From a virus, in IMG/VR virus record IMGVR_UViG_3300042291_000228, positions 1 to 64,000 of that record: DNA of 64,000 nt; one strand, 5' to 3'. This document shows positions 39,063 through 49,748 of this stretch, in pieces. Positions within the stretch are counted from its first letter, which is position 1. Every line of letters starts with the position of its first letter. The notes below the pieces were generated by a model. That model was not told the DNA's origin, ran no database searches, and worked only from the letters and a program-made list of their open reading frames with translations. The position numbers were made by a program, and so were the translations under genes.

Positions 39063-41144
39063 ATGCCATATATTGTAAATTTTACCGATAATGAAAATAA
39101 GACCCCAATCACGGTCTATGATAACACCTCAAACACAGATACCAGTTTGACATTTCCAGGCAGAAATGTTACTGGCTATGGTCAAACTATTGGTCAAAAT
39201 TTCCTAGCTCTGTTAGAAAATTTTGCAGGCCCGTCTGAACCAGTTAATCCTATTGAAGGTCAGTTATGGTTTGATACCAACACAAGAACACTACAAATCT
39301 TTGATGGTGTTGCTTGGAAAGCAGCCAGTGACATTCAAAAAAGTGTTGTAGCTCCCTCTGTTGAACAAAGCAAAGTTGGCGAACTTTGGGTAGATACTGT
39401 AAATCAGCAACTATATGTTTTTTCAGGCACAGACTGGATTTTAGTCGGACCTAATTTTTCAACAGGACTGTTAAGTGGTCCCTTAGTCGAACAGATCATA
39501 GATACTAATAACGACACTAAAGTAGTTTTAACTTTTTATGTAGAAGATAAACCAGTTGTAATTATCAGCAAAGATAGTTTTACTCCAAAAAATTCTATTA
39601 CAGGATTCCTTGCAATTAGATCAGGAGTGAACATATCGGCCACAACTGATCTTGGATTAGGAGGATTTGCTCCCAAGCTGTACGGAACAGCTACATCAGC
39701 AGATGGATTAAATGTCGGCGGTGTAGTAATCGATAGTGGTAAATTCCTCAGATCGGATATTACCAATACTACTGAATTTGGATTAAACATAAGAAATAAT
39801 TCAGGAATTAATATCGGAGTAGATAGTTCATTTAATCTTTCTAACTCAGCCACTGCTGCTAAAATTTATAATTCTTCAGCAGGCAGCAGTATTGATATTC
39901 AATTGAATTCTGACGGTATACCTAACACAGTATTAAGAGTAATTGATAATAAAGTTGGAGTGAATAATCTCAGTCCACAAGAATCGCTGGACGTAATTGG
40001 TAATACTAAGATTAGTGGAAACCTAGTTGTTGATAGCACAGTGGCTACTAGCAATCTCAGTAACGGCTCAATTAGAACTGCTGGAGGACTAGCAGTAACT
40101 AAAAATGCATTAATCGGAACAACTTTAGAAGTAGTTGGAACCACAACCACACGTAATATTGATCCAGCATTGAATGATACTTTTGAATTTGGTAGTGTTA
40201 CTAAACGTTGGAAAACAATTAGAGCACAGACTATTATTGCAGAAACCGTAGAAGGAGTTCTAGGAGGAGACATCAGCGGTAATGCTGTAACTGCTACTAG
40301 TTTACAAAATACCACAGCATTCTCTATTACAGGAGATATAGCGTCAACAGCTCCAGTAACCTTTAACGGTAGCACGGGTGGCTACACAAAAACATTTAAT
40401 ACAACACTTTCTTCTTCTATTATCAGTAGCAAAGCAGAACCTAGTCCTAACAGATCCAAAACAGATGATTTTGTTTTGGTTTTTAGATCAAGTACCAGCG
40501 GATTGCTTAAACAATCTAGAGATACTTTTATAGCTGATTTAGGATTGCCAATTGGTGCTATTCTGCCTTATGCAGGTTCTAGTGCTCCTTATGGATTTTT
40601 GTTCTGCGACGGCGGCGAAGTAGAAAGAGGAAAATTTTCTGATTTGTATGATATTATTGGCACAACCTACAACGGTGTTGATCCGTTAGTCGGAGTCAAT
40701 ACTTTTAGAATTCCCGATCTAAGAGGTAGATTTGCCCTAGGAAGAGATAATATGGACAACGGTATCACAGTGCCTAACAGTACTGGTGGATATGTAGAAG
40801 GCGGTGGCGGAATAGCAGGAAGAGTATCTGGAACTGAACCTCAAAACGTCGGACAATCCAGCGGCACATCGACTCAAACACTGTTGGTTAGGAATCTTCC
40901 AGATCATGAACACGATATGGTGGGTAGTACCGGTGGCCAATATGCTGCTGTAAAATTAGACTCTGCCTTGCCAACTGATTTCGGAGCATTTTTAGATGCA
41001 GGCCCGACGGCATCAGGTAAATTTAATTATCTTCCAAATTCGGGGGGTATCAAAACCACTAGTCCGTTAAGTGACGCATTTTCATTAATGAATCCGTTTC
41101 TAACTATAAACTACATTATTAGGTCAGGACCACCTGCATTCTAA
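39063..41144 (+). CDS. tail fibre with tail-collar domain
   Basis: Shared fibre N-module (GYG..NF..LLENFA..GQLWFD); collar PIGAILPYAG..APYGFLFCDG..PDLRGRF; HEH metal motif; NPFLTINYII. Confidence 0.85.
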   Translation: MPYIVNFTDNENKTPITVYDNTSNTDTSLTFPGRNVTGYGQTIGQNFLALLENFAGPSEPVNPIEGQLWFDTNTRTLQIFDGVAWKAASDIQKSVVAPSVEQSKVGELWVDTVNQQLYVFSGTDWILVGPNFSTGLLSGPLVEQIIDTNNDTKVVLTFYVEDKPVVIISKDSFTPKNSITGFLAIRSGVNISATTDLGLGGFAPKLYGTATSADGLNVGGVVIDSGKFLRSDITNTTEFGLNIRNNSGINIGVDSSFNLSNSATAAKIYNSSAGSSIDIQLNSDGIPNTVLRVIDNKVGVNNLSPQESLDVIGNTKISGNLVVDSTVATSNLSNGSIRTAGGLAVTKNALIGTTLEVVGTTTTRNIDPALNDTFEFGSVTKRWKTIRAQTIIAETVEGVLGGDISGNAVTATSLQNTTAFSITGDIASTAPVTFNGSTGGYTKTFNTTLSSSIISSKAEPSPNRSKTDDFVLVFRSSTSGLLKQSRDTFIADLGLPIGAILPYAGSSAPYGFLFCDGGEVERGKFSDLYDIIGTTYNGVDPLVGVNTFRIPDLRGRFALGRDNMDNGITVPNSTGGYVEGGGGIAGRVSGTEPQNVGQSSGTSTQTLLVRNLPDHEHDMVGSTGGQYAAVKLDSALPTDFGAFLDAGPTASGKFNYLPNSGGIKTTSPLSDAFSLMNPFLTINYIIRSGPPAF

Positions 41145-41154
41145 AGGATAAAAA

Positions 41155-42981
41155 ATGGCGTATTCGATTAATAAAACAGACGGAACACTATTAGCTACTG
41201 TAGCTGACGGTCAGGTTGATGACTTAACAACTGACATTACCTTGATAGGAAAAAATTACAGCGGCTTTGGTGAATCGTTAAATGAAAATTTTATAAAACT
41301 TTTAGAAAATTTTGCAAGCACCAGTAGACCCGAAAACCCAATTAGAGGTCAGATATGGTTCGATGCCGGCGAAGCAAAACTAAAAGTTTACACAGGTACA
41401 GGATTTGTTCCAGTAAGCTCGGCTAGTATTTCGAATTCTCAGCCTGCTCAACCAGGTGCTGGCGATCTATGGTTTAACAACATCAGTAAACAACTATATT
41501 TCTATGATGGTACTGGATTTATTTTACTTGGCCCTGCCTACTCTCAAGCACAGGGACTTAGTGGATTTAAAGTTGAAACTATTTTAGATTCTCTAAATGC
41601 ATCCCGTGTTGTAACTTACTTATACAACAATGGAATTTTGCTAGGAATATTTGCCAAAGACACATTTACACCTAAATTAAACATCGAAGGTTTTAGCGGA
41701 AGTATTGTTCCTGGATTTAATGCCGGAATACTAGTAGGCATGAAATTTAATGTTACCGCAACCAACGCAGATCAACTCGACACTGTTATTGCATCTCTTT
41801 ATGCCCGTCGCGACCAAGCAAATAATTTTGCAGAACCATTAATTATTACCAACAACAGCGGACTTAATGTGGGAGCTGGTACTGAAGGGGCATTCAATGT
41901 TGCCGCTGGCAATGTAAGATTATACAACACAGCTTCAAATAAGAATCTTAGTTTTGCTGTACAAAAGGGAGTTGTTAGTGAAACAGCAGTTAATATTATC
42001 GCTCCAACTAGAGAAGTAAAAATTTATGACGGATTCACAGACAGTTTAACCACAGTGGGCGGTAGTCTTACAGTGGTAGGCGATCTTGTGGTTCAAGGAA
42101 ACACAACTACTATCAATACCAGTGTGCTGACAATTGAAGACAAAAATATCGTGTTGGCCGCCACAGGTGACAGTTCAGCAGGAACTGATGTAAATGCAGA
42201 CGGCGGGGGAATTATTCTTAGAGGAGATAGTGACCATGAATTTTTGTGGAACGGCCCTCAAACTTCATGGGATAGCACTGAACACATCAATCTAGTTACA
42301 GGTAAAGCATTTAAGATTAATGGTAACGCTGTTATAAATGCAACACAATGTTTTTCTAGTAATTTTCCTAATTTAAACAATGTAGGAACTTTGCTACAGT
42401 TGTCAGTAGACAATATTTTTATAGACAATCAAAGAATATCTACCACAAGTTCTAACGATCTAGAACTAGCACCAGATGGTAGTGGAAATATTGTATTAAT
42501 TGGTTCTCCGTTGCTGACAGGATTGATTACTACTAGTCAAAATTCACCTGTACAAACCACTGAAAATACTGGATCAATTGGCACTGCATTGGGTGCTACT
42601 GAATTATCTGAAGCTACAAACAAGAAATATGTTTTGAATGTGGTAAGAACTCGATCGCTAGTATTCAGTATAGATATATCAGATTTTCCAACAGATGGCG
42701 ACATTGCTATAATTTTAACAAGTTTAGCTCCTGTAAACGAATACGAAAACGGCACATTAGCTAGGATTTTGTGTACAAGACTGTCAAATATAAGTTCTAC
42801 TGCTACTACCAGTCTCGGAGCGCCATCTACTGCTGAATTTGTTACTCCAACAGGTACTGCATTTGCTATAACAAATCAAACAATTGTAAGTCCTATTACT
42901 ATTGGTGCACAACCTATCAGCGTTTTTAGAACTGTTAAAACTTTTATACTACAGGCAGGTGTCTGGACATTTAGCTCTTAA
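41155..42981 (+). CDS. tail fibre protein
   Basis: Same N-module; GDLVVQGNTTTINT..IEDKNIVL fibre motif. Confidence 0.75.
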   Translation: MAYSINKTDGTLLATVADGQVDDLTTDITLIGKNYSGFGESLNENFIKLLENFASTSRPENPIRGQIWFDAGEAKLKVYTGTGFVPVSSASISNSQPAQPGAGDLWFNNISKQLYFYDGTGFILLGPAYSQAQGLSGFKVETILDSLNASRVVTYLYNNGILLGIFAKDTFTPKLNIEGFSGSIVPGFNAGILVGMKFNVTATNADQLDTVIASLYARRDQANNFAEPLIITNNSGLNVGAGTEGAFNVAAGNVRLYNTASNKNLSFAVQKGVVSETAVNIIAPTREVKIYDGFTDSLTTVGGSLTVVGDLVVQGNTTTINTSVLTIEDKNIVLAATGDSSAGTDVNADGGGIILRGDSDHEFLWNGPQTSWDSTEHINLVTGKAFKINGNAVINATQCFSSNFPNLNNVGTLLQLSVDNIFIDNQRISTTSSNDLELAPDGSGNIVLIGSPLLTGLITTSQNSPVQTTENTGSIGTALGATELSEATNKKYVLNVVRTRSLVFSIDISDFPTDGDIAIILTSLAPVNEYENGTLARILCTRLSNISSTATTSLGAPSTAEFVTPTGTAFAITNQTIVSPITIGAQPISVFRTVKTFILQAGVWTFSS

Positions 42982-43005
42982 GTTAAATACATAAGGAGCG
43001 AATCA

Positions 43006-44817
43006 ATGCCATACATCATAAACAAATATAACGGGTCAGAACTTGTTGTTCTTCAAGACGGAACTTTAGATACTTCTACAAGTATTGGTTTACTTGGTAG
43101 AAATTATGTGGGCTACGGTGAAGTACAGAACGAAAATTTTCTATTTCTTTTAGAAAATTTTGCTGGAACAAATCCTCCTGCTCGTGCTGTAGAAGGGCAA
43201 ACCTGGTACGACAGCGTCAACAACAAATTAAATACCTATGATGGAACCAATTGGGTGCCTGTTGGGGCTGCTACTTCTTCAGAAAATGCACCATCCGGCC
43301 CAACTGAAGGTGCTCTTTGGTTTAAAATATCAACCAAACAATTGTATGTTTATTCCACTATATCAGGATGGATACTTGTAGGACCTGAGGGAGTATCTGG
43401 TTTTGGTGAAACAAGAATCAAAGCAGCAATTTTAAGAGATATTAACAGTGTTAATCATGCAGTATTATTAGTATTAGTTAATGATGAAGTATTGTCTATC
43501 CACAGTTCAGATACTTTTACAATCAATACTTTAGATGCTATTACGGGTTTTAATGAGTTACAAAAAGGTGTTACACTATCAACAAACACACTTATCTCTG
43601 GTAACCTTTTAGGCAATTCGACTACCGCTACTAGATTGCAGACTGGTAGATTTATCAATGGTGCATACTTTGACGGTAATAATGATATTACTATTACTGC
43701 TAATACGGCTGCTATCCTTACTAGGGGTACATATTTAACAGGCAGTAATTTCAACGGTAGTGCCGCTGTTACTTGGGAAGTAGATGCATCGTCAACTAAC
43801 ACTATAGGTAAGGTAGTTGCTAGAGATAGCACAGGTAGTTTTGCCGGCGGAACAATAACAGCAGATCAATTTATTGGTCCATTAACAGGTAATGTTACTG
43901 CAATATCTGGCACCAGCACATTTTATAGTCTTGTAGCCAACAATATACAGGGTTTTACTTTTAGCGGACTTGCATCACAAGCCAGTACATTGGCGCCAGG
44001 AAGAGCCATTAATGGAGTACAGTTTAACGGATCACAAGACATCACGGTCACAGCCTCTGCCAGTACTTTAAGTGGAGCAACGTTGGCTTCTGGAATAGTA
44101 AATTCTTCATTGACATCTGTGGGAACATTGACAGGAGTTTCAGTTACGGATGCAGGAGCAACCATAGGAGATGCAGGAGAAATACATTTGTTTATAAATG
44201 GCAACTCTCCTACCCTGGCTATTACCAACGGTCTAGGATTTGCCATCACTATCAATGATGCATTTCAAACTGGAGATGAAGCAAGTTTTGAATTTATCTC
44301 AAGTTCAGTAGCTCTAGCAAACGGTGGCACATCAGATCCTACTTTTGTAGGAGATGCTAATAGTAAATGTAATATAGGACTACCAGGACGAACGTTTGGC
44401 AGTGTATACGCAGACGTTTTTAACGGCGTTGCTACCAGCGCACAATATGCTGACTTAGCCGAAAATTACACAGCAGATGCAGAATATGTTCCGGGTACAG
44501 TGTTAGAATTTGGCGGAGAATTTGAAGTTACACTTGCACAAGACGGTACTAACAGAGTAGCAGGAGTTGTCACCACAAATCCTGCTTATTTGATGAACAG
44601 TAACTGTCAAGGAACATATGTGGCAGCAGTGGCGTTACAAGGAAGAACACCTTGTAAAGTTAAAGGACCTATAAGAAAAGGTGATATGTTAATTAGCGGA
44701 GAAAACGGTTTCGCTAGAACTACTCAAACCCCACAAATAGGTACTGTAATAGGCAAAGCACTTGGTGATTTTGATGGCACAGAAGGCGTAATCGAAGTCG
44801 CAGTGGGTAGATTATAA
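43006..44817 (+). CDS. tail fibre with C-terminal intramolecular-chaperone-like domain
   Basis: Same N-module; ATSAQYADLAENY..VAGVVTTNPAYLMN..ALQGR. Confidence 0.78.
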   Translation: MPYIINKYNGSELVVLQDGTLDTSTSIGLLGRNYVGYGEVQNENFLFLLENFAGTNPPARAVEGQTWYDSVNNKLNTYDGTNWVPVGAATSSENAPSGPTEGALWFKISTKQLYVYSTISGWILVGPEGVSGFGETRIKAAILRDINSVNHAVLLVLVNDEVLSIHSSDTFTINTLDAITGFNELQKGVTLSTNTLISGNLLGNSTTATRLQTGRFINGAYFDGNNDITITANTAAILTRGTYLTGSNFNGSAAVTWEVDASSTNTIGKVVARDSTGSFAGGTITADQFIGPLTGNVTAISGTSTFYSLVANNIQGFTFSGLASQASTLAPGRAINGVQFNGSQDITVTASASTLSGATLASGIVNSSLTSVGTLTGVSVTDAGATIGDAGEIHLFINGNSPTLAITNGLGFAITINDAFQTGDEASFEFISSSVALANGGTSDPTFVGDANSKCNIGLPGRTFGSVYADVFNGVATSAQYADLAENYTADAEYVPGTVLEFGGEFEVTLAQDGTNRVAGVVTTNPAYLMNSNCQGTYVAAVALQGRTPCKVKGPIRKGDMLISGENGFARTTQTPQIGTVIGKALGDFDGTEGVIEVAVGRL

Positions 44818-44829
44818 TAAATCTACTCA

Positions 44830-44837
44830 GATAAATA
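44830..44837 (+). promoter_or_regulatory. late promoter GATAAATA
   Basis: ATAAATA core upstream of a GGAG RBS and ATG 44862. Confidence 0.5.
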
Positions 44838-44861
44838 ATAGAATAAAATTGGAGTAGATTG

Positions 44862-46610
44862 ATGGCATATCAAGTAGACAGATTTAATGGCACGTTTTTA
44901 GTCTCAGTAGAAGACGGTACCATTGATACCACTACTGATCTACGCTTCTTAGGTAAAAATTACGCAGGCTATGGCGAAGTACAGAACGAAAATTTCTTAC
45001 ACCTTTTAGAGAATTTTGCCAATACTTCTGCTCCACCAAGAGCTGTGTTAGGTCAAGTTTGGTACGACAGTGCAAATAAAAAGATTAAATTTTATGATGG
45101 ATCTAGATTTAGAACATCTGGCGGATCTGAAGTTAGTGCAACGGCTCCCTCTGGGCTTGTTGCAGGAGATTTTTGGCTAGACACTACCACTGAACAACTG
45201 TATGTATCTAATGGTACATCCTTTGTGTTAGTAGGACCTCAAATAGCAGAAGATCCCGGTGCTACTGCTGTAGAAGTTGTGGTAGTAAAAGACGTTAGTA
45301 ATGTAAATCACACAATTATTAAATTTACTGTTAGCAGCGATACGCAATATATAATGAGTAAGACTGCATTTACATTAAACCCTTCAGTAAATCCTATTAC
45401 TGGTTTTAGTGAAATCAAGAAAGGTCTTACTTTAATTAATACTCCGTCAACAGGAGTAACCACAGATGATCATATTCATTGGGGTACAGCATCTAATGCA
45501 GCTAAACTAGGTGGATTTGCTGCCAGCGAATATCTTAGAAATACCAATGCACTATTTCCAAATGGTGCAAAATTTTATGACGTTGGCTACACCTTAGGTG
45601 ACACTGATGATTTAAAAGTATTTGTCGAATCCGGCGATAGTCCAATAATTTCTAATCAATTAGGATCTTCTGGGTCTCAAACAATTACGATGAGAATTGT
45701 TACATCCGGCGGCGATAGAGACTATGTGTTTGGTGCAGATGCTATCTATCCAGCAGCAAACAATGCAAGAAATCTAGGTGCTACATCTGCAAGATGGGCC
45801 ACAGTATTTGCCACTACATTTAATGGAGCATTAACTGGTAATGTAACCGGCAATGTTACAGGAAATGTAACTGGAAATGTCACTGGTGCAGTCAACGGAT
45901 CGTTAACTGGTAATATAATTTCGTCCACAGGAGTCACTGTATTGAATTCTGGCTCCGGCCCAGGCACAGCGGTATATGTGGGATCAGTCAACGGAACTGC
46001 CAGTAACGCTTTGCAATTAAACAGTAAAATTCAAGACGCTGCTGCCGTTGCTGATACTATTGCTCTGCGAGATGCTAGCGGTAATCTAGTGGCCAATCAA
46101 TTCACTGGAACGGCTACCCAGGCAAACACATTGTTGTGGAGCGGATCGTATAGAACAGCAGCTAGTACTTCGACAGCTAACACCGTTGTGATTAGAGATG
46201 CAAGTTCTAACATTTACTGTAATGTTTTAAATGGAACTGCTACCTCAGCACAGTATGCTGACCTTGCAGAAAAATATCTAGCAGATCAAGAATACGATAC
46301 CGGAACGGTAGTAGTTGTAGGCGGAGAAAAAGAAGTCACTGCCAGCACCTGGGGTAAACGTGCCATTGGAGTAGTCAGTGCTAATCCTGCATTTATGATG
46401 AATCGAGATCTAGAAGGCGGCACTTACATTGCCCTTAAAGGCCGAGTTCCAGTAAAAATAATAGGATCAGTTAAAAAGGGAGACAATCTAATAGCAGCTA
46501 ATGACGGTTGTGCTTCTGTAGCAGTTCACCATTCTAGTGAAGCGTTTGCAGTTGCATTAGAATCTAATAGCGATACAAGTGTAAAACTTGTTGAAGCTGT
46601 AATATTGTAA
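44862..46610 (+). CDS. tail fibre with C-terminal intramolecular-chaperone-like domain
   Basis: Same N-module; ATSAQYADLAEKY..GVVSANPAFMMN..ALKGRVPVK. Confidence 0.78.
   Translation: MAYQVDRFNGTFLVSVEDGTIDTTTDLRFLGKNYAGYGEVQNENFLHLLENFANTSAPPRAVLGQVWYDSANKKIKFYDGSRFRTSGGSEVSATAPSGLVAGDFWLDTTTEQLYVSNGTSFVLVGPQIAEDPGATAVEVVVVKDVSNVNHTIIKFTVSSDTQYIMSKTAFTLNPSVNPITGFSEIKKGLTLINTPSTGVTTDDHIHWGTASNAAKLGGFAASEYLRNTNALFPNGAKFYDVGYTLGDTDDLKVFVESGDSPIISNQLGSSGSQTITMRIVTSGGDRDYVFGADAIYPAANNARNLGATSARWATVFATTFNGALTGNVTGNVTGNVTGNVTGAVNGSLTGNIISSTGVTVLNSGSGPGTAVYVGSVNGTASNALQLNSKIQDAAAVADTIALRDASGNLVANQFTGTATQANTLLWSGSYRTAASTSTANTVVIRDASSNIYCNVLNGTATSAQYADLAEKYLADQEYDTGTVVVVGGEKEVTASTWGKRAIGVVSANPAFMMNRDLEGGTYIALKGRVPVKIIGSVKKGDNLIAANDGCASVAVHHSSEAFAVALESNSDTSVKLVEAVIL
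45834..45887 (+). repeat. 12-nt coding tandem repeat (TGNV x4)
   Basis: ACN GGN AAT GTN repeated with synonymous variation. Confidence 0.8.
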
Positions 46611-46619
46611 GGATTTAAA

Positions 46620-47531
46620 ATGGCTGCAGGTACAGGATTAATAATTGAAGCAGTAGACTATAATTCAATAAGAACAAAAATTATTAGTATTATGGGAACA
46701 GGAGCCGGCCAATCAGGCTACGGCCAAACACTGCTGAGTTCACCTGTAGCCCTTGGCAATACAGTGACAAAAGCACAATGGGACAATTTGAGATTTGATA
46801 TATTCAATGCTAGGCTTCATCAAGATGGATTATCGCCAACAATTGTTACTGCCACTTCAGGTCAACCTGTGCGATACGGTGCAGGACATCCCAACAATCA
46901 ATACAACACTCAAGCAGACACCGCAATTGCAAATAAATTTAACATAGGCACAGGCCAATTTGTTATTGAGTCAGCTACGTCAGCTACTCGAACTACAGCA
47001 TGGAATTCCAGTCTTACAGCAACAGTAACAGTAACATTCGGCACCGCTGATCAAGCTCGTTATTTCTTTAACAGCGGCAGCAAAATAAGATGCTCAAGTT
47101 CTAGAATAGGCGGCTCAGCAAGTCCACAGAATTCTTCGTGGTCAAACGTATTAGATTCTGCCGGTACAGTAGCATTTGGTGGAAATACCGCAGGATTAAA
47201 TTTTTATAATTTAACAAATAGCTATCAAACATTTTTTAACTTGACCTCTAGTGCTCCGTATTCAGCAAATCAATATAGAATTGAAGTAGTATCAAATATA
47301 GCCGATAATACAATAGGTGGTGCTACTACTTTAACTTTTAGAGTTACATATTCTGATACATATACATACACTGGCACCGGTAGTCCAAGTATTCCGGATA
47401 ATGTTGACGGCACTTTAACTCTCACAGTAGATGAACTAAGAGCATCTGGTACATTACAACCGTTAGGCACCGGCCCATTTGTTATAACAAGCCCTACTAG
47501 CTACTCCATATCTGGCATATCTGGCTCTTAA
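46620..47531 (+). CDS. virion structural protein (paralogue A)
   Basis: Thr/Ser/Gly-rich; GYGQ, W..LR.DI.NAR.HQDG, R.FFNSG, D.VDGTL shared with the next gene. Confidence 0.6.
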   Translation: MAAGTGLIIEAVDYNSIRTKIISIMGTGAGQSGYGQTLLSSPVALGNTVTKAQWDNLRFDIFNARLHQDGLSPTIVTATSGQPVRYGAGHPNNQYNTQADTAIANKFNIGTGQFVIESATSATRTTAWNSSLTATVTVTFGTADQARYFFNSGSKIRCSSSRIGGSASPQNSSWSNVLDSAGTVAFGGNTAGLNFYNLTNSYQTFFNLTSSAPYSANQYRIEVVSNIADNTIGGATTLTFRVTYSDTYTYTGTGSPSIPDNVDGTLTLTVDELRASGTLQPLGTGPFVITSPTSYSISGISGS

Positions 47532-47537
47532 CTCCCG

Positions 47538-47545
47538 TATAAATA
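47538..47545 (+). promoter_or_regulatory. late promoter TATAAATA
   Basis: Exact consensus in the intergenic gap. Confidence 0.7.
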
Positions 47546-47572
47546 GTCTTATGAAAAGGATTAAGGACTACC

Positions 47573-48487
47573 ATGGCGGTTAATGACATTATTACAATTG
47601 CAGACTATAGTACATTAAGGTCTTCTGCAATTTCGATCATCGGTAACGGCTCTGCTACTTTTGGTTACGGCCAATCAATACAAAGTGTTGAAAAAATAGC
47701 ACACGAAAAAATTAGTCAGACTGATTGGGATTTACTTCGATACGACATCGTTAATGCTCGAACACATCAAGATGGAGTAGCGCCAACAATTACCGATATT
47801 AACGAAGGTCAGATTCTTTCTTTTACCAATAATGCACAGTACAGCGGCCTTGCCTCAACTGCGGTATCAAATAGATTCAACATAGGCTCGGGTAGATTTT
47901 TAACAGAAAGTGCAGTGAGTTCTACTAGATCTACATCATGGAATACTTTAGTGGTGTGTGAAGTCACAGCAACTTTTGCTAATGCCGATCTATGCCGTTG
48001 GTTTTTCAACAGTGGCGGTCAGATTAGAATTCAATCTTCACGAACTGGCGGAACTAGTAATGCTCAAAATAATGATTGGTCTAGTTTAACTACTGCCGCT
48101 GGGATGCAGGCATTTGGCAGTCAAACTCCATCTGCCGGATTTAGTCCAATGAATGGTCAAAATTTTTATAGATTAACTAATTCTTATCAAAATTTCTATT
48201 CCTTGTCTTCATCTGCACCGTATTCTGCAAACAGTTATAATTTAGATGCCAAGTGCGATGTTGCAAATAATTCTAGTGGAACAGCTACTACTGTGTTTAT
48301 TCGAGTTAGATTTGTTGACAATTATACTGATCCAGGGCCGGATGGTCCACCTTTCACCGGTGATGATGTTGACGGGACACTAACAGTCACCGTTACTGAA
48401 AAAAGAGCCACAGGACCTTTAGTTCCATCCGGAACTTTTACCATCACTAGACCTACATATTCAATTACTGCAATCGGCGGAACATAA
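47573..48487 (+). CDS. virion structural protein (paralogue B)
   Basis: Colinear paralogue of 46620-47531 (e.g. NFY.LTNSYQ.F..L.SSAPYSAN). Confidence 0.6.
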   Translation: MAVNDIITIADYSTLRSSAISIIGNGSATFGYGQSIQSVEKIAHEKISQTDWDLLRYDIVNARTHQDGVAPTITDINEGQILSFTNNAQYSGLASTAVSNRFNIGSGRFLTESAVSSTRSTSWNTLVVCEVTATFANADLCRWFFNSGGQIRIQSSRTGGTSNAQNNDWSSLTTAAGMQAFGSQTPSAGFSPMNGQNFYRLTNSYQNFYSLSSSAPYSANSYNLDAKCDVANNSSGTATTVFIRVRFVDNYTDPGPDGPPFTGDDVDGTLTVTVTEKRATGPLVPSGTFTITRPTYSITAIGGT

Positions 48488-48509
48488 TTTTTCATCAATA
48501 ACAGCAGCA

Positions 48510-48517
48510 TATAAATA
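48510..48517 (+). promoter_or_regulatory. late promoter TATAAATA heading the enzyme cluster
   Basis: Exact consensus upstream of a GAGG RBS. Confidence 0.7.
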
Positions 48518-48543
48518 ATATGCTACTATAACTGAGGATGATT

Positions 48544-48894
48544 ATGGACGACCGTTTACAAACCGCATTGGATTTTTCAAAGTACCGTCAAACACTTGCA
48601 ATACAAAGAAAGCTTCTAAAAGAAAAATTACAAACTAAATTAACATATGGTACCGCCGGCGGTATTTTTCATATTGACAGATCTTTAATTTCTTTTGTAC
48701 AATTATGTATTGACCTGGGAAGAGTTTCTAATATACCGTTAATTGACAGCAATGAAAATCCTGTTCTGATTGACGATCTAGTTCAATTTCGAGATGAAAT
48801 TTTTGATAGATATTTCTCGGCTAGTTTTCAATATATGAGCGAATATGATGCTATTAAAAAAAGCAGAACGGTTGAAAAATTAGTAGATTTATGA
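48544..48894 (+). CDS. hypothetical protein
   Basis: GAGG RBS 6 nt before ATG 48544; ATGA-coupled to the next gene. Confidence 0.65.
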   Translation: MDDRLQTALDFSKYRQTLAIQRKLLKEKLQTKLTYGTAGGIFHIDRSLISFVQLCIDLGRVSNIPLIDSNENPVLIDDLVQFRDEIFDRYFSASFQYMSEYDAIKKSRTVEKLVDL

Positions 48895-49748
48895 AAAGAG
48901 GAATATTAATATTTGCTCATAATAGCAGAGATATTGATTATGCTTTAATGTCTTTAGTATCTGCAAAGTTTGCAAAAGCAAATTTACAAGTTCCGGTGTC
49001 TTTAGTAGTTGATAAGTTCACTGTGGAATGGATGCAGACATCCAATATCTATGACCTTTCTAAAGAAATTTTTGATAAAATTATAGAAATTGAAAAACCC
49101 GTTACTCAAAATATTCGTGTACTCAACGATGGATATACTTCAAAAACAGTTCCTTTTGTAAATTCAAATAGGGCTTCAGTTTGGGATCTTACCCCATATG
49201 ACAGAACGTTATTAATAGACAGTGATTTTTTAATAATGTCTGATAGACTTAACGAGTATTGGAACATTGATTCAGGTGTAATGTTATCTCCGTCTATGAA
49301 AGATGTTAGAGGAGATAGAAAAGGTATTTTAGATTCTTGGGTATCTGAAACTGGAATTCCCTTATACTGGGCTACCACAGTGATGTTTACTAAAAACAAT
49401 GAATCTAAAATATTTTTTGATCTAGTAGATGTTATTAGAACAAACTATAATTATTTTGCAGATTTATTTAGATTTAATCCTAAACAATACAGAAATGACA
49501 TTTCTTTTAGCATAGCAAAGCATATGCTAAATGGTTTTGAAAATAGAGGAGAAGATCTTCCTCCAATATTAACATTACTAGATAAGGATCTAATTCATTC
49601 TATTGCTGAGAATCAACTACGGGTTTATCTAAATGACAGTGCAAGTGAAGATCATGTAGTTATTGCATCGATCAAAGATTTAGATGTTCATGTAATGAAT
49701 AAACAAAGCATAATCAGAAATGCAAAAGAATTCTTGGAGATACTATGA
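48891..49748 (+). CDS. GT-A fold nucleotide-sugar transferase-like protein
   Basis: TPYDRTLLIDSDFL DxD motif, RND(I)SFSIA. Confidence 0.65.
   Translation: MKRGILIFAHNSRDIDYALMSLVSAKFAKANLQVPVSLVVDKFTVEWMQTSNIYDLSKEIFDKIIEIEKPVTQNIRVLNDGYTSKTVPFVNSNRASVWDLTPYDRTLLIDSDFLIMSDRLNEYWNIDSGVMLSPSMKDVRGDRKGILDSWVSETGIPLYWATTVMFTKNNESKIFFDLVDVIRTNYNYFADLFRFNPKQYRNDISFSIAKHMLNGFENRGEDLPPILTLLDKDLIHSIAENQLRVYLNDSASEDHVVIASIKDLDVHVMNKQSIIRNAKEFLEIL

Noticed and set aside
39063-48487. Diversity-generating retroelement or invertible shufflon acting on fibres
   Set aside because: No reverse transcriptase or recombinase in the window, all fibres co-oriented, and no near-identical template/variable repeat pair noticed
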